Virus record (IMG/VR): IMGVR_UViG_3300031757_000376
Coordinates: 1-28,580 of that record
DNA length: 28,580 nucleotides
Strand: one strand, 5' to 3'
Origin: a virus
Lineage: Duplodnaviria > Caudoviricetes
Positions within the stretch are counted from its first letter, which is position 1, and every line of letters begins with the position of its first letter. Below the pieces are notes generated by a model. That model was not told the DNA's origin. It was given only the letters and a program-made list of their open reading frames with translations, and searched no databases. This document shows positions 1 to 8,966 of the stretch, piece by piece. The position numbers and the translations under genes are program-made.

Positions 1-1773
1 ATTCTCGCTATAGTCATTGTAGTATCTTCTGTGATCCCAACCACATTTGATAACTGTTAAATACTTCATTGCATTTAAGTATTCATTCTTTGAACATAGT
101 GAGGACAACATGTGGACCAAGCAAAAACTGCTGTTGTCAACTATCATTTGTCCGTCTTCAGCAGTCTTAATTGCTTCTCTTTGCTTAGTGTACCAGTGGT
201 TAGCTTTTTCTTCATCACTGTAACGATCATTAATTCCGCTTGTACTAAAACCATATACATCAAATGGAATGTTGACCTTCCTACAAAATGCTGCCACTGT
301 CATCATTTGATCTACTGTTCCTGACATGTTCTTGTACATACTTCCTGATAAGTCTACGAACATTAGGATGCCATGGTTTTTACCGTTGGGTACTAATAAA
401 GCTCTTTGGAATAAATCTTCTGTTACTTTATAAGCCCAAAGTTTATCCTCATTCAACTTGCCTGTCTTGGCTTCTGAGGTTTTCTGATAAGCAGTTGCTG
501 CTTTTCTAAGCTCAAATTGTTGTGCCATACTATTAATAATTGGAGTCTGTGTTCTGTTCCACGTCTCATAAGACTTAGTAGCTACGTCATACACTTCATT
601 AACAGGTATTGTACGCTCTTGCCAACGACCGTCTTTGTCTCTGTAACCTTGTTGTAAGTCAATTGATTCCGCCCAATCATATAATTCGTTCATTGGGACT
701 ATAAAATCTTCTGGATTTAAATTTGGTGCCTTAACATATACAAGAGTGGATGCGTCCTGATCAACTAATTCTTTTTCGTTGGCTCTAAAACTGTTATCAC
801 TAAATGATTCTCCAGTTTCCAATGCCTCTTGAAGCTTATCTAATTTTTCTTTAAGTTCTTTGTCCTTTTTTAATTGTTCAGCTGCTTCTTTTTTAGCATC
901 TTCTTCAGCTTGTCTCTCTTCGGGAGTCATCGCTAACCATCTTTCGTATTCTTCGTCTCTTTTCTTTTGTTTTTCTTCACGCTCAGCTTCAAGTCTAGCG
1001 TCTTCCTCTTCTTCAGTTTCATTTTCATACTCATCTGGATCTACTGGAGTACCATAACTATCTGATTCTACTTCATTGATGTCTGGTTTTTCTTCTGTTT
1101 GTTCTTGTGATTGCTGGCTTTCACCTTGTTCCATCTGTTCGCCATCATCATCTTGTTGGAATCTATCAGGCATCATTTGATCAATCATTGATTCAAGTTC
1201 GTCTTTTTTCTCTTCCAAGTCTTTCTGATTGGCTTCAAACAATTCATTTGCCAAACGTTCAACGTCTTCCCAAGTTTCAGTATTATAAATTCTGTCTACT
1301 AAATCTTTTTCCTCATCACTAAATACGACACCCATCATGTGGCCTACTTTATAATGTAAGTTCACTCTATCAATTAATGGGAGTTTGTTGATGTCTAAAT
1401 CTTTTATTCCAAAAAAGTCTCCATCAACTAATTCTTTATAGCCTTTGAAAAAGCTACTAACCAATCCAGGATATCTTTCTTTAACCTTACGTTCAATCCT
1501 TACATCTTCAACCACGTTAAGGAAGTTTTTCATAGCCTTGTTATCACATACTGCGTCATGCCATCCTTCTGCAGGTGTTTCATGAGCATGTCCTACTTCA
1601 TGGCCAATGAATAAGTCATAAAGTGGTGAAGACATCTTCTTCCAAAGTGGAAGGTATAAAGTCCTAGCTTTAACATCAAATGCCGCAGTTGGCATTTTAG
1701 GATCATGTACTATTGAAATGTCTTCTGTTGCTAAACATTTTGCTAGTATTGATTTGGATTGTATTTGGTTCAA
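1..1773 (-). CDS. CobT-like HEXXH metallopeptidase / VWA-domain protein (3' end lies outside the window)
   Basis: Absent from the ORF track, apparently because its stop is outside the window. Manual translation from TTG at 1773 (GAGGA SD upstream) gives MNQIQSKSILAKCLATEDI...LFIGHEVGHAHET...FLNVVEDVRIE, then an acidic linker, then NHGILMFVDLSGSM (MIDAS DxSxS) and AAFCRKVNIPFDVYGFS. The segments I translated are all in one frame. This family normally partners a CobS/MoxR-like AAA ATPase in T4-like aquatic phages. Confidence 0.85.
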   Translation of the reverse strand, partial: MNQIQSKSILAKCLATEDISIVHDPKMPTAAFDVKARTLYLPLWKKMSSPLYDLFIGHEVGHAHETPAEGWHDAVCDNKAMKNFLNVVEDVRIERKVKERYPGLVSSFFKGYKELVDGDFFGIKDLDINKLPLIDRVNLHYKVGHMMGVVFSDEEKDLVDRIYNTETWEDVERLANELFEANQKDLEEKKDELESMIDQMMPDRFQQDDDGEQMEQGESQQSQEQTEEKPDINEVESDSYGTPVDPDEYENETEEEEDARLEAEREEKQKKRDEEYERWLAMTPEERQAEEDAKKEAAEQLKKDKELKEKLDKLQEALETGESFSDNSFRANEKELVDQDASTLVYVKAPNLNPEDFIVPMNELYDWAESIDLQQGYRDKDGRWQERTIPVNEVYDVATKSYETWNRTQTPIINSMAQQFELRKAATAYQKTSEAKTGKLNEDKLWAYKVTEDLFQRALLVPNGKNHGILMFVDLSGSMYKNMSGTVDQMMTVAAFCRKVNIPFDVYGFSTSGINDRYSDEEKANHWYTKQREAIKTAEDGQMIVDNSSFCLVHMLSSLCSKNEYLNAMKYLTVIKCGWDHRRYYNDYSEN

Positions 1774-1807
1774 TTAAAAGTCCTCACTTTTTATTTAATA
1801 TACATGT

Positions 1808-1836
1808 ATTATGCACTCTTACGAACCAAGAGTCAA
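1808..1836 (-). promoter_or_regulatory. sigma70-like (early/middle) promoter
   Basis: Minus strand reads TTGACT-17 nt-CATAAT, upstream of the CobT-like gene. Confidence 0.7.
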
Positions 1837-1846
1837 GCGATATTAC

Positions 1847-1866
1847 AAAAGAGTGATCACTCTTTT
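1847..1866 (-). terminator. Perfect 20-bp palindrome, probable intrinsic terminator after the TonB receptor gene (or an operator)
   Basis: AAAAGAGT-GATC-ACTCTTTT, 16 nt downstream of the receptor stop codon and 10 nt upstream of the -35 box. Confidence 0.5.
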
Positions 1867-1882
1867 TGCTAAAATCAAGGAC

Positions 1883-3451
1883 TTACATGCTTAAGTCAAA
1901 AGATATGAGGAATTCTCGTCCACCAGCACTATATTCTGGCAATATTTCGAACCGTTTGTTGAAAACGTCTCTGACTTGTAACCCTACCCTGTATCTGGGT
2001 CCTAAATAGTAACCCAGGGTTAGGTCTAATGTTGATACATTATCTATAGGACGGCCCGCCCAATCCAATCCTTTATCAAACTCACCTATATATGATAGGC
2101 CATAGTCTAATTTTCCAAACATGTTTGAGTAGGTTAATCTAGTCTTATACTTGGCTGCTTGGATCTTATCTGTATCTGTGTACTTCAACATCATTTTAAA
2201 GTTCTGGAATGACTTGGTGAAATTAATGCCTTGGGATTTATATTTGCCTGTGTTGATGTATTGATAATCACTGAAATTAAAATCTATTCCATCACTAAAA
2301 TCATAATGCCAAATTGTAATGTCTTTCCAACCAACTTCTAGTCCCACTCCTTTCTCAGCATTTAAAAGTGGATTAGGTTTTACTAATGCATCACCATAAC
2401 GTTCGTATAAATTTGGAATCCTATAACTATTTCCTAATGAAACTCTAAAATCTTTTACTTCTATACCTACTCTACCTGTTTGAACATCATCTTCAAAACG
2501 ATATCCTACTCCAAGTTTATATGGAATTACAGAAGATCTTTCTAGTGCCTTCTGTTCTGTGTGCCAATTAAAATAGACTCCTGATCTCCAGGCGTTATAT
2601 CTTACAGGGATAGGAGATCTAAAGTAGTAGTCGTAATCTGATTGTTGGGCTGTCACACCTGCTAAGAAATTCTTATATTTGTACTTCGCATCTGCAAATA
2701 GTCTAGAACTTTTAGCTCCCCAGCCTGTATTATGTTGAGCGCTGTTTAAATTATAGCCTACTGTAAGCCAATCATTTCTAATAGATATATCTGTTTTATA
2801 TCCAGATTGATTACAATCATTATATTCAATAGGACTAGGTAGACAATCATCATAATCGTAAGAGTAATCTTGAGACACCATAACAACATCGAAGCCAGCA
2901 TAATTTGCTTTGGTTTTAAGTGTTGTATTATCATACCAATCTTCTTCTGTGTTTGTTGTTTTAACAGAGCCTATTGATCCTTTATACCTTGCTATTTGAA
3001 ACCACTCGTTGCCACCTGTTATGAACTGTGAGCTATCACTCCCTTTATAAAAGACATGTTTTTCAAATGTATCTTCTATAAGAATTGTTCCTGCCATTGA
3101 GGAGCTTCCAAACAATACACCATTAGGTCCTGTGATTTTCTTATAGTCTTGCCATGTAGGTAAGTCTATTCCGAAATCATACCACCCTGAAGCTGGATCG
3201 TTAACGGGTATCCCGTTTCTATATACTGCTGTATGTTTTGAGTCTGTGCCGTTTAAACCTACTGCTGCAAAGCCCCCTGGGCCGCCAGGAGTATATACTT
3301 TTGTTGATTCAACTGCCTCTATTGCTGAGTTGTCGTGTGCTGGATCTGAATATCCCTCAGAAACCTTTGCTCCTACTACTATTGTTTCTTCTACTTCTGC
3401 TAATGCTATAGTAGGAAATAGCACTAACAACATTATAATAAACTTCCTCAT
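1883..3451 (-). CDS. TonB-dependent outer-membrane receptor (BtuB-like, compact)
   Basis: Signal peptide (MRKFIIMLLVLFPTIALA), TonB-box-like EETIVVGA, plug motifs (GLNGTDSKHTAVYRNGIPVND; GPNGVLFGSSSMAGTILI), barrel motifs (SYRIPNLYERYG; NPLLNAEKG) and a typical C-terminus (VRDVFNKRFE...YSAGGREFLISFDLSM). Confidence 0.88.
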   Translation of the reverse strand: MRKFIIMLLVLFPTIALAEVEETIVVGAKVSEGYSDPAHDNSAIEAVESTKVYTPGGPGGFAAVGLNGTDSKHTAVYRNGIPVNDPASGWYDFGIDLPTWQDYKKITGPNGVLFGSSSMAGTILIEDTFEKHVFYKGSDSSQFITGGNEWFQIARYKGSIGSVKTTNTEEDWYDNTTLKTKANYAGFDVVMVSQDYSYDYDDCLPSPIEYNDCNQSGYKTDISIRNDWLTVGYNLNSAQHNTGWGAKSSRLFADAKYKYKNFLAGVTAQQSDYDYYFRSPIPVRYNAWRSGVYFNWHTEQKALERSSVIPYKLGVGYRFEDDVQTGRVGIEVKDFRVSLGNSYRIPNLYERYGDALVKPNPLLNAEKGVGLEVGWKDITIWHYDFSDGIDFNFSDYQYINTGKYKSQGINFTKSFQNFKMMLKYTDTDKIQAAKYKTRLTYSNMFGKLDYGLSYIGEFDKGLDWAGRPIDNVSTLDLTLGYYLGPRYRVGLQVRDVFNKRFEILPEYSAGGREFLISFDLSM

Positions 3452-3573
3452 AACGACTCTTTACATATAGCTCCTTCTGCATACCAACATATATCGGCTC
3501 CTGCAGACTGTGAGAATGCTACCAAAGCAATAGCTATTAAGACTATTGCTATCCATTTACTTTTTTTGTTCAC
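3448..3573 (-). CDS. 41-aa secreted micropeptide (signal peptide plus 15-aa two-Cys mature peptide)
   Basis: Manual translation from GTG at 3573 (AGAGG upstream): MNKKSKWIAIVLIAIALVAFSQSAGA|DICWYAEGAICKESL*. Its TGA overlaps the receptor ATG (ATGA) and it fills the gap between the neighbouring genes. Confidence 0.7.
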   Translation of the reverse strand: MNKKSKWIAIVLIAIALVAFSQSAGADICWYAEGAICKESL

Positions 3574-4174
3574 TCTTGCCTCTTAATAACGTTTTTGGTT
3601 TCTTTGATCTTATTTTCTTGGCCACTTTATTTCTTTTATCTAATCTTTTCTTAACTTCTGTTGGGTCCATCCAAAAGTCTTTCCCATCTATCATGTCATT
3701 TATTTCTTGTTTGTCTAAGAATCCTTTGTAAACTGAATTAAATAAATGTCTAGCCCATTTATCATCTGCAATAACTGAGGCTAATTGTTCGTTTCCTTTG
3801 CCCCAGTTACCTGAACTGTAAGTATGGAACATGAAGTGACTATGTTCTGAGACTTCACATACATCAGCACATAAAAATATTAGAGTAGCTGCTGACATAC
3901 ACATACCTTCTACGGATGCTATAATAGTTGCTGGGCTATCAGATATTGTTCTCATCAACTGAATAGCTGTAAATATATCTCCTCCATTAGAATTTATATG
4001 TATAATGACTGCATCATTCTCAGTTGAATTCCTCATCAACTGATTCCAATCTTGATAGTCTTTTGCCTGTGTTATGTCGCCTGATATATAAAAATCAAAT
4101 ATACGAGCAACTGGCTTTTCATAAGCGTTGCTCGCGTTTGGTGGTGGGGTTTGTATTGGTTTAGATTCGCTCAT
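3557..4174 (-). CDS. clpP: ClpP-like serine protease
   Basis: IHINSNGGDIFTAIQL, GMCMSAATLIFL (catalytic Ser) and SHFMFH (catalytic His), plus DFWMDPTE. Confidence 0.8.
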   Translation of the reverse strand: MSESKPIQTPPPNASNAYEKPVARIFDFYISGDITQAKDYQDWNQLMRNSTENDAVIIHINSNGGDIFTAIQLMRTISDSPATIIASVEGMCMSAATLIFLCADVCEVSEHSHFMFHTYSSGNWGKGNEQLASVIADDKWARHLFNSVYKGFLDKQEINDMIDGKDFWMDPTEVKKRLDKRNKVAKKIRSKKPKTLLRGKSEQKK

Positions 4175-4514
4175 AATATCTTGTTATTGCCTTTATCCTT
4201 TCAATTTGTTTGTCAATGATTGCCGTTCTATTTGGCCAATGTATATATTCCTTTTCAGGATTCTTTTGCAAATTGTAAAGTAGAGGAAGTACAAGATCTT
4301 CTACATCACGAAGTTTGGTAGCCACATCACTTTCGATTAACGATCTATGTTCGTTGACCATACCAGAATTATCTGCATTTAAAATTTTAGCTTCTAGTTG
4401 TTGAAGCTTATCCATTATTTTATCTTCGTCAATGGAAGGAGCAGTTGGTTGTGCAGGTGCCTCGGAAGGTACCTCATCAACGGCGGTAAAACCAAAATCA
4501 AATTCGTTTGCCAT
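4161..4514 (-). CDS. Conserved hypothetical phage protein
   Basis: 117-aa ORF with an AGGAG SD. FDFGF N-terminus and LPLLYNLQKNPEKEYIHWPNR C-terminal motif, which I recall from T4-like aquatic phages. Confidence 0.75.
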   Translation of the reverse strand: MANEFDFGFTAVDEVPSEAPAQPTAPSIDEDKIMDKLQQLEAKILNADNSGMVNEHRSLIESDVATKLRDVEDLVLPLLYNLQKNPEKEYIHWPNRTAIIDKQIERIKAITRYYERI

Positions 4515-4532
4515 AATTGTCTCCTTTATACT

Positions 4533-4540
4533 TATTTATG
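4533..4540 (-). promoter_or_regulatory. T4-type late promoter variant (CATAAATA)
   Basis: One mismatch to TATAAATA, intergenic, just upstream of the SD and ATG of 4161..4514. Confidence 0.5.
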
Positions 4541-4550
4541 TAAGAAAAAA

Positions 4551-5159
4551 CTAGGTGTTCTTCCTTTGGTGTTTCTTAACCTTCTTCTGCAAGGCTTTAA
4601 GGGCACGTTCTAATTTAACTCTAGTAACTCTCATAGTAAAGTTCTGACCTAGCATGTGGTCAAACTCATGTAATATTACACGAGCGGAGACACCTGAATA
4701 CTCTTCTGCTATCTCTTCTCCTTCTTCATCAAAGTATTGTATGGCACAAGAGGTTGGTCTTTTAACCATTAAGTAAAGTCCTGGAAAAGATAGACAGCCT
4801 TCTCTAATAGACTCTTGTTCAGGGCCGACACCTATTATTTTAGGGTTAATAAAAATCTTTTCAAAGTCTCCTTTGCCGTTTCCTAATACGAAACAAGCAG
4901 CATTAATGCCTACTTGATTAGCAGACAAACCAACACCACCATCGCGGTACATAACCTCGAGTAGTCTTGATTTAATTTCTTTAGGATCTAACCCACCATG
5001 TTCATCCATATCTTCAAAACGAAATGGTGCTGGAACTCTACTTAAGAAAGGATCATTAAACTTTAATAACTCTAACTCATCAGCAGATTTAATTTCCGGA
5101 GACTTATATCTCTCGATTCCATTTCCATCTAAAAGAATGGGTTCTAATTCATCCTGCAT
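4551..5159 (-). CDS. def: Peptide deformylase
   Basis: All three PDF motifs are present: GVGLSANQVG, EGCLS, HEFDH. Start set at the ATG at 5159 (MQDELEP) to minimise overlap; the ORF extends to 5192. Confidence 0.93.
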   Translation of the reverse strand: MQDELEPILLDGNGIERYKSPEIKSADELELLKFNDPFLSRVPAPFRFEDMDEHGGLDPKEIKSRLLEVMYRDGGVGLSANQVGINAACFVLGNGKGDFEKIFINPKIIGVGPEQESIREGCLSFPGLYLMVKRPTSCAIQYFDEEGEEIAEEYSGVSARVILHEFDHMLGQNFTMRVTRVKLERALKALQKKVKKHQRKNT

Positions 5160-5535
5160 CTTTTCCGAGATGCTTGTAGGTGTCTTTTTCATATTTAATA
5201 AATAACTCCTCTCCTGCTTTTATATTTTCAGTGGTAAAGAAATGCGCTTTAGGACCTTCGATCTCTGCAAATATATTTGGTGTCTCACTATGATTTATAA
5301 ATCCTCCTAGTGGAGTACGTTCCCAATATTTATCGCCCCATTTCTCTCCGTCCCAATCGTGCATGACAAACACATGAGATAAACCTAAGTCTGTCCCTTG
5401 TTTTATGTCTTCTTTCGCGAACAATCCTTGTCCATGGACATCACTGTCCCCAATTCGTAAACTCGGTGGTAAAGGCATGTAAGAGTCTTCATCAAACTCC
5501 ACTGACTTTGACGCAAGTGTTACCATTTCTTCCAT
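5149..5535 (-). CDS. Minimal SET-domain protein (putative lysine methyltransferase)
   Basis: SDVHGQGLFAKEDIKQG, GGFINHSETPN and IKAGEELFIKY match the SET signature motifs. Confidence 0.88.
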   Translation of the reverse strand: MEEMVTLASKSVEFDEDSYMPLPPSLRIGDSDVHGQGLFAKEDIKQGTDLGLSHVFVMHDWDGEKWGDKYWERTPLGGFINHSETPNIFAEIEGPKAHFFTTENIKAGEELFIKYEKDTYKHLGKDAG

Positions 5536-5765
5536 TATCCTGCTCCTTGTTGCAGTATGTTTTTAAGTTCAACAAACCCACCAATGGGCTTGCCGTCTAT
5601 GAATACCTGAGGAAATGTTCTTGCCTCTGGTACCAATTTAAATAATTCTTCTGCTGTGTAGTCTGCATCTAGTAACTTGTATTCATATTCTAAATTCAAA
5701 CGTTCACATAATGATATAGCGTTCTTACAAAAACTACATCTCGGTTTTCCATATATTGTTATCAT
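5535..5765 (-). CDS. Glutaredoxin (NrdC-like)
   Basis: CSFC active site, RTFPQVFIDGKPIGGF, 76 aa. Confidence 0.92.
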   Translation of the reverse strand: MITIYGKPRCSFCKNAISLCERLNLEYEYKLLDADYTAEELFKLVPEARTFPQVFIDGKPIGGFVELKNILQQGAG

Positions 5766-7432
5766 ACTATTATGCTATAATTTTGTTTCTTTTCAAACTT
5801 AACTACCGATCTAAATTTATCGAATAGTTGGTCTCCCTTGTGAGATATTACGAATACATTGGTATCGTTACCAATAGTTTCTAATAGTTGCATAACATAT
5901 TGGGTTCCATCTGTGTCCAACGAACTATCAAACACTTCATCTAATAATAAAATGTTTGTACTAGCGCTGTTTTTCATCTTGGCTATTGTTCTCCAAGTAA
6001 ATACTAACGCTAAGTCTATTCTTTGTTTCTCTCCTTCACTAAACGATGCGTAACTAAATTTATCTCTAAACCTGGATTTAATTGTTTCTTTGAACGTCTC
6101 ATCTAAATCAAACTGAACAAAAAAGTCCATGGCTGCTAGGTATTTATTAACTAATTTGTTTATGATTGGCAAATAGGCTTTAATTATCTTAGTTTTAATA
6201 CCAGAATCTTTTAAAAGGGACTGTGCTACTTCATAATAGTGTCCTTCCTCTGTCATTTTTATCTTGTCTTGTTGTTTTGACATAGCATCCTTAGCTAAGG
6301 TTTTTAATTTTGTTCTCTCCTTAGTTATATCACCTACTTTATTTTGTGTGTCAGCAAGTTCTAACTGTAATCGTTGTAATATTCTTTGTTGTGTAATACT
6401 TTCGTTATTGTGTTCCATTATCTTTTGATCTAATTCAAATACCTTTTCAACCAAGGCTTCTACTTCAACATACTTTTCTTCTAATTCATCTAAAGCTATT
6501 TGTAATTCATTAATCTTTTCTTCATCTCTAGCTGTCATCACTTCCTTGTGATCATGAGCTATCCCTTGCTGACACGTGGGGCATTCGTCATTGTCATGAA
6601 AGAAGTTTAAGTCTGTTCTGCAGTTACTAATTTGGAGGGTAAATTTTCTTTTGTATTCTTCGAGTCTGCTCTTTTTCTCAAGTACATCACCCATTGCCTT
6701 CTTCTCGATTGTTGTGCTCTTCGCAAAGCCACTCGCCGTCTCGATCGCATCTTCTGCCTCCCTAATTGCTAATGCTATTGTTTCTACTTTAGACTTTTTA
6801 TCGTCTTCTAATGTCTTTATATATGATTCTTGGAGAGTCGCCTTTTGTTTAGCTACATCTACTTGACCTTCTAGTATTCTAATTTGATTTTCTAAAGTCG
6901 TTATCTTATTTTTAAGAACTTTATTCATGGAAGTAAATATAGTAATATCTAATATGTCTTCTATGATCTCTCGCCTAGCTCCTAAATGTAGTTGCATAAA
7001 AGGAGTGAACGATGCACTCCCTAACATTACAATCTGTGTGAATGATTTGTAATTTAATTTTAAAATATTCTCTTCTAGATATTTTTGAAAGTCTCTTATG
7101 TTGGCATCTTTATCCAACTTAATACCGTTTACTTCTATCTCAAATACTTTAGGCAATTCACCTCGTCGTATTAAATAGTTTCTTTTACCAATGTCAAAAT
7201 TAATTTCAACCATTAATTTTTTTCCGTTGATTGAATTAACTAACTGAGGTTTGGATACGTTTCTGAATGGCTTATTGAATAAGGCAAAGGTTAAAGCATC
7301 TAACATTGTAGATTTTCCACTACCATTCTCACCAACAATTAATGTGCTGGGAGATTTATCAAACTGTATTTCTGTCCATGCGTTGCCTGTAGACAGAAAA
7401 TTTTTCCATCTTATATTCTTAAATGTTATCAT
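5762..7432 (-). CDS. gp46: Recombination endonuclease subunit gp46 (Rad50/SbcC-like)
   Basis: Walker A GENGSGKS, CPTC zinc hook, FSEGEKQRID signature, LLDEVFD Walker B. Confidence 0.96.
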   Translation of the reverse strand: MITFKNIRWKNFLSTGNAWTEIQFDKSPSTLIVGENGSGKSTMLDALTFALFNKPFRNVSKPQLVNSINGKKLMVEINFDIGKRNYLIRRGELPKVFEIEVNGIKLDKDANIRDFQKYLEENILKLNYKSFTQIVMLGSASFTPFMQLHLGARREIIEDILDITIFTSMNKVLKNKITTLENQIRILEGQVDVAKQKATLQESYIKTLEDDKKSKVETIALAIREAEDAIETASGFAKSTTIEKKAMGDVLEKKSRLEEYKRKFTLQISNCRTDLNFFHDNDECPTCQQGIAHDHKEVMTARDEEKINELQIALDELEEKYVEVEALVEKVFELDQKIMEHNNESITQQRILQRLQLELADTQNKVGDITKERTKLKTLAKDAMSKQQDKIKMTEEGHYYEVAQSLLKDSGIKTKIIKAYLPIINKLVNKYLAAMDFFVQFDLDETFKETIKSRFRDKFSYASFSEGEKQRIDLALVFTWRTIAKMKNSASTNILLLDEVFDSSLDTDGTQYVMQLLETIGNDTNVFVISHKGDQLFDKFRSVVKFEKKQNYSIIV

Positions 7433-8490
7433 ATAGTATCTTGAGCCTCTATATAAAGGCTCTGCAACAGATTTTTGATCCTTTGTTTTGATAGATCTGT
7501 TTCAACAACGTCAACGTATTCTTTTAATAGTGTCATTGTATCTTCTAAGTTTACATCTTCACCTATAGCTTCGTCCTCAAACTCTGAGAAGTCTTCTATA
7601 ATTTTTAAGTCAATTAAGTTACATTGATATAGCTTATCTACAAAATGATCAAACCTTTTGAAGTCTGTCTTCTTACTTACTATTAGCTTAACACTACCAC
7701 CAGTGACAGTATCGAAATCAAAATTGCTGATGTCATTAACACCTTCAAAATGGGAGTCGTCGTAATAGATTTTGTGGAAGAGTCTAAATGGGTTATTGTA
7801 ATATACCAAAGATCTTTTACCCGTGTCATAAATAGCGAAGCCTCTGGGGTCGTTGTAGTCAGACCAAGTAATTTCGTAAGGGTTTCCCATATAAGTAACG
7901 TTCCCTCGACTATGGCGGTGATGAAAGTGGCCGCTAACAACAAGGTCAAATTGACTAAAAATACTAGCGTCCATGCCGTGAAGGTTAGGCATTCCAGGAA
8001 CCAGGAGAAAGCCTGTGAGTTCCAAATGCGAGAAGCATGTCGTTGCGTCTGTTGTTTTAATTGTTTCCATTGTGTGTTCATAATTATCTGTGCATATCCA
8101 TGGTAAGAACAATACCTTTTCCCTATCAAGTTGTACCTCGGTAGGGTCTTCGTATATTGTTATATTATTGTATTCTCCTAACAATAAACTAGGAGAGTTT
8201 ACTTCATTTGTATTCTTAAAATAAGTATCATGGTTGCCAGGTATCATATGTATTTCAATACCTAAATCACGTGCCTTGTCAAAGAAATACCTTTTACAAG
8301 ACTGGAGTATATTATAATTAATATATTTCCGTCTATCAAATACGTCACCTAAATGACATATAGTTTTTATCCCTTGCTCTTCTAAGTGAGGGAAGAAATA
8401 ATCGTCGTAGAACTTAGCAAAGAAATTATCAAAAGATAAATTGTCTGATCTGGCACCAAAGTGGGTGTCTGTAACTAGAGCTACTTTCAT
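7429..8490 (-). CDS. gp47: Recombination endonuclease subunit gp47 (Mre11/SbcD-like)
   Basis: DTHFG, GDVFDRR, GNHD and SGHFH phosphoesterase motifs; adjacent to gp46. Confidence 0.96.
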   Translation of the reverse strand: MKVALVTDTHFGARSDNLSFDNFFAKFYDDYFFPHLEEQGIKTICHLGDVFDRRKYINYNILQSCKRYFFDKARDLGIEIHMIPGNHDTYFKNTNEVNSPSLLLGEYNNITIYEDPTEVQLDREKVLFLPWICTDNYEHTMETIKTTDATTCFSHLELTGFLLVPGMPNLHGMDASIFSQFDLVVSGHFHHRHSRGNVTYMGNPYEITWSDYNDPRGFAIYDTGKRSLVYYNNPFRLFHKIYYDDSHFEGVNDISNFDFDTVTGGSVKLIVSKKTDFKRFDHFVDKLYQCNLIDLKIIEDFSEFEDEAIGEDVNLEDTMTLLKEYVDVVETDLSKQRIKNLLQSLYIEAQDTI

Positions 8491-8492
8491 AT

Positions 8493-8966
8493 TTAGCCCT
8501 CGTATATTGCTGAATTAGCCCCATGTTCCCTTACTTCACAAGCGACACAATAGCATCGCCCTCCTGTTAATTCTTTTACCAAGTCATTAGCAAAATGGAA
8601 TGCTTGCTCTGCAAACTTCTCACAGCCAACACCATTCATAACTACTACTTCTGTTAATCCTTTTTCTTCTAGCTTTAAAAAATCTTGTAATGCAGGATCG
8701 TCTTTATCAACTGCATGTTTATGATCAAAGTTATTTTTTAACCATGCTTTTAAGTCCTTCAAGCCTCCAAAATCCACTACCCAATTCTTATTATCTAAAC
8801 GATCACAACCAAATTTAAAACTAAACGACAAAGCGTAACCATGTAGTAAACTACAATGACTGTGCGTTGCTGCATGTTGTCTAAAAACTGCTGATAAGCC
8901 TTCTTCGTGGCCATATGTTTTTGTTGAATAGTGTTTATAATCTATATACGGATCTGGTCTGTTCAT
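8493..8966 (-). CDS. queD: 6-carboxy-5,6,7,8-tetrahydropterin synthase
   Basis: HCSLLHGY (CxxxHGx), WVVDFGGLK, FDH and GCEKFAE motifs; clustered with folE and queE. Confidence 0.9.
   Translation of the reverse strand: MNRPDPYIDYKHYSTKTYGHEEGLSAVFRQHAATHSHCSLLHGYALSFSFKFGCDRLDNKNWVVDFGGLKDLKAWLKNNFDHKHAVDKDDPALQDFLKLEEKGLTEVVVMNGVGCEKFAEQAFHFANDLVKELTGGRCYCVACEVREHGANSAIYEG

Noticed and set aside
112-1322. Four short plus-strand ORFs
   Set aside because: They are antisense shadows of the long minus-strand CobT-like/VWA gene that the ORF track missed.
1-3451. A cobalamin biosynthesis module (CobT-like gene beside a BtuB-like gene)
   Set aside because: Phage CobT/CobS-like proteins are generic VWA/AAA partners with no demonstrated role in B12 synthesis, and a hairpin plus a separate promoter divide the two genes.
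3461-3556. Alternative 31-aa ORF (MDSNSLNSYCFG...) or a cobalamin riboswitch upstream of the receptor
   Set aside because: The 41-aa frame has an SD, a clear signal peptide and an ATGA overlap. The interval is short and I see no B12-box.
7683-8129. 148-aa minus-strand and 118-aa plus-strand ORFs inside gp47
   Set aside because: Alternate-frame or antisense ORFs with no recognisable motif, fully inside a conserved gene.
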